From Cyanophyceae cyanobacterium (GTDB lineage: Bacteria > Cyanobacteriota > Cyanobacteriia > Cyanobacteriales > JBHJGN01): a stretch of DNA of 13,847 nucleotides. The position numbers and the translations under genes were made by a program. The stretch lies in contig JBHJGN010000068.1 in NCBI GenBank assembly GCA_050331735.1, positions 1-13,847 of the forward strand. Reading direction: 5' to 3'. Below the pieces are notes generated by a model, which saw nothing but the letters and a program-made list of their open reading frames with translations, made no database searches and had not been told where the DNA came from. The stretch's first letter is position 1. Every line of letters starts with the position of its first letter. Below, piece after piece: positions 1 through 9,900 of the stretch.

Positions 1-23
1 CCGTTCCCCGTTCCCCGTTCCCC
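1..23 (+). repeat. Heptamer tandem repeat (TTCCCCG)n, truncated by the window edge, intragenic
   Basis: ccgttccccgttccccgttcccc directly before the codons for LYRTGD. Confidence 0.8.
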
Positions 24-757
24 TGTATCGGACTGGAGACCGCGCTCGCTATCTCCCGGATGGCAACATCGAATATCTCGGTCGCCTCGACCAGCAGCTC
101 AAGCTTCGCGGCTTCCGCATTGAACCGGGCGAAATTGAAGCAGTATTAGCTCAACACCCTAACGTGCGTGAAAGTATTGTCATTGTTCAGGATGAGCCGG
201 ATAGACGTTTGGTTGCTTATGTCGTGCCTGCTCAAGAAGAAATATCTACTAGTCAAGGCAGCGCTGAGCCTAGGGAGTTACTAGGAAGCAGCATCCACGC
301 CCTTGTCAAAGAACTACGCCGATATCTGAAAGAGAAACTGCCCGACTATATGGTGCCGTCAGCTTTTGTGCCGTTAGCCTCTTTCCCCTTAACCGCCAAC
401 GGCAAGATCGATCGCCGCGCTTTGCCCCTACCGACCGAGGACACCCTTCAGGCCAGCGACTGGGTTGCTCCCCGTACCCAAACCGAGGAAACTATCGCTG
501 GCGTTTGGCGCGATGTGTTAGGCCGCAAGCAAATTAGCATTCACGACAACTTCTTTGAACTGGGGGGACACTCTTTATTAGCGACCCAGGCGATCGCTCG
601 CTTAAGCCAGTGCTTTACCCTAGAACTGCCTCTGCGCTGTTTGTTTGAAGCCCCCACGCTTGCTGAACTAGCAGAAACGGTTGAGGAAATAAGTTTGTCG
701 GCACAGTTATCTGCTCCACCTGAAGACAGAGACGACCGGGAGGAAATTGAGCTGTGA
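2..757 (+). CDS. NRPS, 3' fragment (runs off the left edge): A-domain C-terminal part (A7-A10), T domain and C-terminal docking motif
   Basis: Frame +2 is open from base 2: ...LYRTGDRARYLPDGNIEYLGRLDQQLKLRGFRIEPGEIE (A7/A8), LPDYMVP (A9), TANGKIDR (A10), DNFFELGGHSLLA (T, Ser codon 572-574), ending DRDDREEIEL-TGA. The ORF-track start at 164 is an internal Val codon. Confidence 0.95.
   Translation, partial: RSPFPVPLYRTGDRARYLPDGNIEYLGRLDQQLKLRGFRIEPGEIEAVLAQHPNVRESIVIVQDEPDRRLVAYVVPAQEEISTSQGSAEPRELLGSSIHALVKELRRYLKEKLPDYMVPSAFVPLASFPLTANGKIDRRALPLPTEDTLQASDWVAPRTQTEETIAGVWRDVLGRKQISIHDNFFELGGHSLLATQAIARLSQCFTLELPLRCLFEAPTLAELAETVEEISLSAQLSAPPEDRDDREEIEL
739..743 (+). promoter_or_regulatory. 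Shine-Dalgarno GGAGG for the 3838-aa NRPS; GTGA start/stop overlap at 754-757 suggests translational coupling
   Basis: GGAGG lies 10 nt upstream of GTG 754. That GTG overlaps the TGA (755-757) of the upstream gene. Confidence 0.7.
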
Positions 758-920
758 CCATTTACAAGTTTTTAGCGGACCTGGCTAAACGGGATATCAA
801 GCTATGGGTCGAGGAGGGTCGCTTGCGCTGTAACGCCCCGAAAGGAGTGCTAACAGCCGACCTGCGCGCTCAACTCCAGGAGCGCAAAGCAGAAATCCTG
901 GCGTTTCTACAGCCGGAGCT
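754..920 (+). other. N-terminal beta-hairpin docking domain (TubC_N-like)
   Basis: MTIYKFLADLAKRDIKLWVEEGRLRCNAPKGVLTADLRAQLQERKAEILAFL fits the LxxLxxxxIxLWxExxxLRxxAPKGxLTxxLxxxLxxxKxEILxFL pattern of this family, recognised from memory. Confidence 0.85.
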
Positions 921-3900
921 CGCTCCCCATCTCCCTAAAATTGAGCCTGTTCCTCGCCGCGAAAATCTCCCCCTGTCGTTTGCTCAACAGAGACTGTGGT
1001 TTTTAGAAAAGCTAGCAGGAAACCGTGCTGCCTACAACATCCCCATTGCTCTCCAGTTGAAGGGAACGCTTCAGGTTGCCGTTCTAGAGAAAGCCCTCAA
1101 CCACGTTATCAAACGACACGAAGTGCTGCGGACCCACTTCCCCTCGATAGAAAGCTCCCCGGTCCAGGTAATCAACCCCCATTTAGACCTCACTCTGCCC
1201 GTAGAAGAATCCCCCTTCCCCCTTCCCCCTTCCCCTTTCCCCTCTATTCACCAAGAAGCCCAAACGCCTTTTGATTTAGCTCAGGGTCCGCTGCTGCGAG
1301 TCAAGCTCCTGCGGCTCGCTCCCGAAAAACACGTCCTGCTGCTCACGATGCACCATATTATTGCCGATGGCTGGTCTTTAGGCATTTTGGTGCGCGAGCT
1401 GTCTGTGCTCTATCGAGCTTTCAGCAACAATCAGCCCTCGCCTTTACCTCCCTTATCAATTCAGTACGCCGATTTTGCTGTCTGGCAGCGCCAGTACTTA
1501 CAAGGAGAGGTGTTAGAAACCCAACTGGATTACTGGAAGCAACACCTCAAAGGCGCACCACCCCTGCTAGAGTTGCCAACAGATCGCCCCCGTCCATCGG
1601 GACAGTCTTTTTCGGGGAGGAGCGCACCTTTTAGTCTGGGGAAAGACCTCACCGCCTCGCTGCGGACTTTGAGCCAGCAGGCAGGAACGACCCTATTTGC
1701 GACTCTGCTGGCCGCTTTAGGCATTCTGCTCTCTCGCTATAGCCAACAGCAGGATTTAGTAATCGGAACGCCCATTGCCAACCGCAATCGCCAGGAACTA
1801 GAACCGCTCATCGGGTTTTTTGCCAACACCCTCGCCCTGCGCCTCAATCTGAGCGGCAATCCTCGCTTTCAGAAATTCCTCGAGCAGGTCAAGCAGAGTA
1901 CTTTAGATGCCTACGCTCACCAGAATTTACCCTTCGAGCGGCTAGTAGAAGAACTCCAGCCAGAGCGATCCTTGAGCTACAGCCCGCTGTTTCAGGTGAT
2001 GTTCGCTCTCCAGAATGCACCGCTTGGGGACTTGGCACTCCCCGGTTTGAGCCTGCACGAGCTAGAAACCCCAAGCGTGACAACGAAGTTCGATCTCACG
2101 GTGTCGCTGCGGGAGACAGCAGCAGGACTTGCAGGGAAATGGGAATACAGCTCAGACCTGTTTGATGCAGCTACCATTCGCGCCCTGATCGGTCATTACC
2201 AGAACTTACTAGGCGCAATCGTAGAGCATCCCGAAGAGCGGGTGGCGAACTTGCCTCTGCTTGGAGAAGCAGAACGAGAGCAGTTATTGCTAGCGTGGCA
2301 GGTATCTGAAGAAGATGCTCCTCAGTGTCTTCATCAGCGATTCGAGGAGCAGGTAGAGCGGACTCCCGATGCAGTAGCGGTAGTGTATGGAGAGCAAAAG
2401 CTCACCTATCGCGCCCTCAATGCTCGTGCTAACCAGTTAGCTCACTACCTGCAAACGTTAGGAGTGGGACCGGACGTACTGGTGGGCATCTGCGTTGAGC
2501 GTTCGATGGACATGGTAATCGCTCTGCTGGGGATTCTTAAAGCCGGGGGAGCTTATCTACCTTTAGAGCCGACCTATCCCCAGGAATACCTGCAAAAAAT
2601 TGTGGCAGCAACTGAAGTATCGATGGTGTTGAGCCAGCCGGGAGCGAAAGTGCCAACCCCCCTGCTCATCGACCTGGATTGGGACAAAGTTGCCCAGCAC
2701 AGCCAAGAGAACCCGGCTAATGAAGCTACGCCTGAAAGTCTAGCTTGTGTTATTTACTCTGCTCAAAGAGGGATTGCGGTTGCCCACGCCGCCATGAGCG
2801 ATCGCCTTTGTTGGCTGCAAGCTCAGCTTGCTCTGTCTCAGTCAGATGTGGTTTTACAGCAGGCTGCTTTAGCTCAAGAGGTAGCTGTGGGGGAAATTTT
2901 TGGACCATTGGTAACGGGAGGACGCTTAGCGATCGCCCCCGATGCTCATCCCGCTACTCTTCAGCGCTGTATCGCTGAGCAACAGGTCAGCCTTGTTCAC
3001 TTTGTTCCTGCTACCCTCTCTGCTTTTCTAGATTCAATCGAAACCCCATTAAGTTCACTGCGGCGAGTCTTCTGTAGCGGAACCTTATCGTTAAAGGTGG
3101 TTGAACAGTTTGAGCGGCAGCTTTCCTGTAGCCTGTGCCAACTCTACAGCTTTCCTGAAACGGGAGCAATCATCTGCTGTGAAGTTAATCAACACAGCAC
3201 TCATTTCCCACCGGATGCTGCTCATCGGTCAATTTATGTCCTAGACGAGCATTTACAGCCAGTTCCTAGGAGAGTGCCGGGGGAAATTTACGGTGGTGGC
3301 CAGGGACTAGCGCAGGGATACTTACACAATCTAGAAGAGACGGAGCGACGCTTGGTTGCTAATCCTTTTACTCCAGGGTCACGCCTGTTTAAAACGGGAG
3401 TTTGGGGACGGATTCTTAATAACGGCGCTTTAGAGCTGCTGGGCTCGCGCGATCGCCAAGTCTGGATGAACGGCTTCCCAGTCAGCCTTGAAGAAATAGA
3501 GGCAGCCCTCTTAACGGTGCGATCGCTGCACGACTGTCGCGTTCTAGTGCGCCAAGCCGATACTCCGTCTCTCACCGCCTATATCGTTCCTCGCGGTCAC
3601 TTCTCTGTGGAACAGATTCAGGCACAGATGCGATCGCTGCTCCCTGCCCCCCTGCTGCCTAGTGCCTATGTACCGCTGTCGGCTCTCCCTCTCACTGCTA
3701 CAGGTCAGATCAACGAGCAAGCCTTGCAGCGGTTACCAGTGATTGATTCTGAGCTGGTGCAGCGTTGGGAAGAGGAACTGCACTCTCGACCAGAAATTGC
3801 TCAGGCAGCGGTGGTGGTGCAGCAGCCGATTAAGTCAATTTCTGCCGTCCATCTGAGCGATCTGCTTGAAGTTTCTTTGGGGAGGGGTAAGGGGGAAAGG

Positions 3901-6900
3901 GGAAGGGGGAAAGGGGAAGGGGGCAATTGTCTCAAAGTGACGGGGGAAAGGGGAAGGGAAGAAGCTAAGGCGGTTAGCTATGGGGGGCCGTTACCGCCTG
4001 ATGTTGATATTCCGCTGACCCTGGCTCACGCCCTGCACCGGGCGGCGCAGTCAGAGCGAGGCATTGTTTATATTCGCTGCGATGGGTCGGAGTTCGTTTC
4101 TTATCAAGAACTACTAGAAGAAGCTCAGCGTATTCTTGGTGGATTGAGAAAGCTTGGGTTAAAGCCTCAAGAGCGAGTGATTTTTCAGCTAGAGCGGCTT
4201 CAGGACTTTATTCCGGCTTTCTGGGGCTGTATGCTCGGCGGTTTTGTTCCGGTTCCTATGCCTATTCCTCCTACCTACGAGCAGGCTCATAGTGCTGCCC
4301 GCAAGCTTCAGAATGCTTGGCAGATGTTGGCGCAACCGCTGGTGCTGGCAGGAGCGAGTGCCGTTGAGCAGATTCGTTCATCCCAGTCACATCTCAATGT
4401 GGCATCGATTGAGGAGTTACGAGCCTCGGAACCGGATACTCGGTGGCATTCGAGTCAGCCTGACGATCTCGCTGTGTTGCTGCTTACTTCGGGAAGTACT
4501 GGAGTTCCCAAGGCCGTGATGCAGAGCCACCGCTCTATTTTGAGTCGTTCGGCGGCGACAGCGGTGATGAATCGGTTTACGAGCGATGATGTGTCCCTCA
4601 ACTGGTTCCCCTTAGATCACGTTGGCGGTTTGGTGATGTTTCACCTGCGGGATGTTTATCTCGGTTGTCAGCAGATTCAGGCTCCGATTCAACTCGTCCT
4701 ACAGCAGCCTCTACTATGGCTGGATTGGATTGAGCGCTATCGAGCCACGATTACCTGGGCTCCTAACTTTGCCTACGGGATGGTGGTTGCTCAGGCAGAG
4801 GCAATCAGCCACAGACGGTGGGATTTGTCCTCGATGCGATTTATTCTCAACGGCGGTGAGGCGATCGCCGCCAGAAGTGCCAGAAAGTTCCTAGAGGTGC
4901 TGGCTCCTCACCGATTAGCGGCGACGGCGATGTATCCAGCCTGGGGCATGTCTGAAACCTGTTCTGGTGTCGTTTACTCCCACCGCTTTTCTGGGGATTC
5001 AGCGTCAGATGAGCAGCATGTCGAGGTGGGAGCGCCAATTCCGGGAATTTGGGTGCGCATTGCCGATAGTCAACAGGCGATCGCAGAAGGAACGATTGGT
5101 CGCGTTCAGGTCAAAGGACTGAGCGTTACTTCTGGCTATTACCAAAACCCGCAGCTCAACCAAGCCGCTTTTACCGCTGACGGCTGGTTCAACACCGGCG
5201 ATTTAGGATACATGCGCTCTGGACGTTTAACGATTACCGGACGCGAGCAGAATGTCATTATTATCAACGGGATTAATTACTATGCCCACGAAATCGAAGC
5301 GCTAGTCGAAGAGGTTGCCGGGGTAGAAGTGTCCTACACGGCTGCTGTGGCGGTGCGAGAGCCTCAAGACAATACAGATCGGCTCGTCATCTTCTTCACT
5401 CCAGCTCATTTCGATGAAGTCATGGCAGCTTCCCTCGCCTGTAGAGGAGAGAACGATGACGAAACGAAGCTAGCCAAGCTGCTTAAAGCCATTCGCACTC
5501 AGGTTGTCCAAAACATTGGAATCAATCCAGATCTCGTTCCTGTTGAGAAAGACACCATTCCCAAAACTTCCATCGGCAAAATTGGGCGATCGCAACTCGC
5601 TCAACGCTTTGAAGCTGGGGAGTTTGATGATCTCGTTAAGCAACTAGATCTACTTCTAGAAAATGCCAACACCCTTCCTAACTGGTTCTATCAGCAAGTC
5701 TGGCGGCCCAAAGCCCCTTGCTCCTTGCCCCTTGCCCCTTGCCCCTCTTCCCCTACCGTTGTGTTCCTCGATTCGTTAGGACTCGGAGCGCATCTATGTG
5801 ACCAATTCAAACGACGCAACCAGCTCTACGTTCAGGTAGAGGCAGGAATAGAATTTGACCGTCTGAATCCTCAGCACTATCGCTTGAATCCGGACGAACC
5901 GCAGCACTATCAACGCCTGTTCACCTCTCTCGCCGCCGATGACTTTTCTGTGGCTCAAGTATTGCACCTGTGGACTTACGATGAAGAGGCGGAAATCAAG
6001 CTTGAAGAAGGAGCGCTCTGGGGAACTAACAGCCTGCTCTTTCTTATTCAGGCTCTCGCTCACCCTAGGATACCAGTTCGCCTCCAGGTCGTTTCTAGTT
6101 ACAGCCAGCTCATTGAGTCAGGCGATCGCATTGCTTGTCAGAAAACTCCTCTATTAGGATTGCTGAAAACCGTTGCCCAGGAAATGCCCTGGATCACCTG
6201 CCGCCACGTAGATCTAGGTGTAGAGCCAGTTGAAAGCAATGCGGCCCTCGTTTTGCAAGAGCTGAGTGACTTATCAGGAGAGCGGGAGGTTGCCTACCGT
6301 AGCGGACAGCGTTTAGTTTCCCGTTTAGCTCAGGCCGATTTAGCGAATCAAGCTAAACAGCCTCTTCCTTTTAAAAAGGGCGGGATGTATCTCCTCAGCG
6401 GGGGATTAGGCGGCATCGGGGTAGAAATTGCTCGCTATCTGCTGACCCAGTATGAGGCTAAACTGCTGTTGGTAGGGAGAACGACTTTAAACCCGGCAGC
6501 CGAGCCTGGTTCAGAACGCCTCAACGCCTACCAGTCGCTGGCGCAGCTTGGTAACGTTCGTTACCAAGCCGTTGATATCGGTGATTTCCGTCGCTTGCAG
6601 CAGGTCGTCGAGCAGACGAAGGCCGAGTGGGCGAGTGAGTTAGCTGGAGTCATTCATCTGGCGGGAGTGTTTCAGGAGCGACTCCTAGAAGCAGAAACCC
6701 CAGAGAGTGGGGCAGCGGTGCTGTATCCGAAGCTACAGGGAACGTGGGCGCTGCATCAACTGCTCCCTGAAGGCGGAGTTTTTATCGGCTTCTCGTCCGT
6801 CAACGGTTTCTGTGGCGGTACGGGGGTCGGTGCCTACGCTGCCGCCAATCGCTTTCTCGATAGCTTCGCCCGCCACCTCAAATACAACACTGCTCTGCAA

Positions 6901-9900
6901 AGCTACTGTTTTGCCTGGAGTATGTGGGAGGAAGTGGGCATGAGCCGAGGCTACCAGTTTAAGGAACTGACGCGCGATCGCGGTTTTTCCCTCCTCAGTC
7001 CTCAACAAGGTTTGCACTCTTTCCTCGCCGGGTTACACCACAACCAAGCACAGCTTGGGATCGGGATAAACGGCAGTCATCCCCACCTCCGTCCAGTCGT
7101 AGACGACTCCTACGCCCTCCAAACGGTCACGGCTTACGTCACTTTACAGAGCGAGGGAGAAAGAAAACAGCAGACAACAGACAGGAACAAGACTTCCCTT
7201 TCCCCCCCTCTTTTAGTAGATCGCTTTGGCACCCAATCGGGCACTCTTGTCGAGCTAGAGGAGATGCCTCTAACCAAGGCGGGGACGATCGCTCGCCAGA
7301 TGCTTGCCTTGGGAAGCAGTAATTCATCAGGCGATCGCACCCAACCGCAAACGGCAGTGGAACGACGAATTGCCCAGATTTGGCAGGAAGTACTTCAGGT
7401 TCCGTCAGTTAGTCTGCAAGATAATTTCTTTGAGTTAGGAGGACATTCCCTACTGGCTACCCAGGTGATGTCGCGGGTGCGAGCAGCCTTTGGGGTAGAG
7501 TTGCCCCTGAGTAGCCTATTTGCCTCTCCCACCGTCGCCGGGTTAAGCCAGCAAGTAGACAGTCAACAAGAGTTAGCCCATCAGAGCATTCAGCCCGATA
7601 GCAGAAACGGCAACCTGCCCCTATCCTTTGCCCAGCAGCGACTGTGGTTCCTCTCCCACTTAGAAGGCAATAGCGTCACCTATAACCTCCCGATTGCCCT
7701 ACACTTGAGCGGCCCCCTCAATCACACCGCCCTAGAGCAAGCCCTCAACCAGATTATCGAACGGCACGAAGTCCTGCGGACTCGCTTCCCCCTAGTACAA
7801 GGCTCTCCGGTACAGGTAATCGCACCTCATCTAAAACTAACTCTGCCTATAGAAGAATCCCCCTTCCCCCTTCCCCTTTCCCCCTTCCCCGTCCCTCCGG
7901 GACAATTTCCCCTTTCCCCCTTCCCCGTCCCGCCGGGACAATTTCCCCTTTCCCCCTTCCCCGTCCCGCCGGGACAATTTCCCCCCATTCATCAAGAAGC
8001 CCAAACCCCCTTTGACCTCGAAAACGGTTCTCTGCTGCGAGTCAAGTTAGTGCGGCTCGCGCCCAGTGAGCATGTGCTGCTGATTACCATGCACCACATT
8101 GTCGCTGATGGCTGGTCGTTAGGAATTCTGGTGCGGGAGGTGTCCCTGCTGTATCAAGCGTTCTGTGCCGGAACCCCTTCGCCCTTACCCCCCTTACCGA
8201 TTCAGTACGCCGACTTCGCCCTTTGGCAGCGCCACCATTTACAGGCAGAATTAGCCACCCAACTCAGCTACTGGCGGCAACAGCTTGCCGGCGCACCCCC
8301 CCTACTAGAGTTACCAAGCGATCGCCCCCGTCCCCCCGTACAGACGTTCTCAGCTCGTAGCGAGTCTTTTACCCTAGACAAAGAGCTAACCGCGAAGCTT
8401 CAGACTTTGAGTCAGCGCTCCGGCACATCCTTATTTATGACTCTGGTAGCGGCTTTCGCGATTCTGCTCGCTCGCTACAGCCAACAGTCAGAAGTCGTAA
8501 TTGGGTCGGCGATCGCCAACCGCAACCGCCAAGAAATAGAACCATTAATTGGCTTTTTTGTCAATACCCTTGCTCTCCGATTTGACCTCCAGAACAATCC
8601 TCGCTTCCACCAATTCCTGGAGCAGGTACGGCAGGTGACTTTGGCGGCCTACGCTCACCAAGACCTGCCCTTTGAGAAGCTGGTCGAGGAGCTACAGCCA
8701 GAGCGCAACCTGAGCCACAGCCCGATATTTCAGGTCATGTTCGTTCTTCAGAATAGTCCTCTGGAGGATTTGGAACTACCGGGTCTGAATTGGACGCTTC
8801 TAGAAACTCCCCGCCACCAGACCCAGTTCGATCTCACCCTATCGATGCGGGAAGAGGCAGAAGGATTGAAGGGCGTTTGGGAGTACAACTCCGATCTGTT
8901 TGACGCGACGACGATGAGCCGCATGAGCGAGCATTATCAAATTTTACTCGCAGGAATGGTTGCTAACCCAGAGCAGCCCGTCGCTCAGCTTCCTCTGCTC
9001 ACTTCCGCTCAACATCAGCTACTCATGGAGTGGAACGCCACAGAAACCGAGTATCCCAACCGCTGTATTCACCAGTTGTTTGAAGACCAGGTTCGCCAGA
9101 CTCCCGCAGCCGTGGCTGTTGTGTGGCAAGACCAGCAGCTTACCTACCGGGAGTTGAACGCCCGCGCCAATCAGTTAGCCCACTACCTGCAAAGATTAGG
9201 CGTAGGACCGGAAGTCCTCGTCGGCATCTGCGTTGAGCGTTCTGTGGAGATGATTGTCGGACTGCTAGGCATTCTTAAAGCAGGCGGGGCGTATGTCCCG
9301 CTAGACCCGACCTATCCCGACGAGCGCTTGGCGTTTCTGCTCGCTGATACTGGGATATCGGTGCTGTTAACTCAAAAACGGTTCTTAAAAAGATTTGAGC
9401 CTGAAAAAACCACGCGATCAGAAAATCAGGAATCCCCTTTTCCCTTTCCCCCTGACCCTTTCCCCGGCGACAGCCAGCTCGTATGCTTAGACACAGACTG
9501 GGAAAAAATTTCTCAGGAAAAAGAGGAAAATCCCCCCACCCAAGCCACGCCAGACAACTTAGCTTATGTTATGTATACTTCTGGCTCGACTGGAGTCCCC
9601 AAAGGAGTCCAAACGCTTCACCGGGGTGTTGTGCGCCTGCTGTGTGGAGTGGATTACGTGCGCCTCGATGCCACCGTTAAAATTCTGCACCTGGCTCCCT
9701 TGGCTTTTGATGCTTCGACCTTCGAGATTTGGGGCGCTTTGCTCCACGGTGGAAGCTGCATTCTCTTTGCCGAGCAGACCCCCCATCAGTTGGGCAACGT
9801 CATCAAAAAACACGGCATTAATACCCTCTGGCTAACGGCATCCCTGTTCAACGCCGTGATAGATGAGAATCCGCAAGCACTCCGGGGACTTTCTCAACTC

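Noticed and set aside
164..757. A standalone 197-aa protein starting at 164
   Set aside because: The frame is open to the window edge and encodes A7/A8 motifs upstream, so this is the tail of a longer NRPS.
2320..3740. Pseudogene call for the large NRPS because of the decayed A domain
   Set aside because: There are no stops or frameshifts, all other catalytic motifs are intact, and inactive tandem A domains are compatible with functional keto-acid modules.
4010..5620. Fatty acyl-AMP ligase starter domain
   Set aside because: GMSE/FNTGD/KTSIGK resemble acyl-AMP ligases, but the internal position after a C domain and the directly fused KR-T fit a keto-acid module better. Not excluded experimentally.
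5680..7070. A PKS module implied by the KR
   Set aside because: No KS (DTACSS) or AT (GHSxG) motif is present; the KR is embedded in an NRPS module.
7870..7977. 36-bp palindrome-containing repeats as a CRISPR array
   Set aside because: The units are directly adjacent with no unique spacers, lie in frame within a C domain, and no cas genes are in the window.
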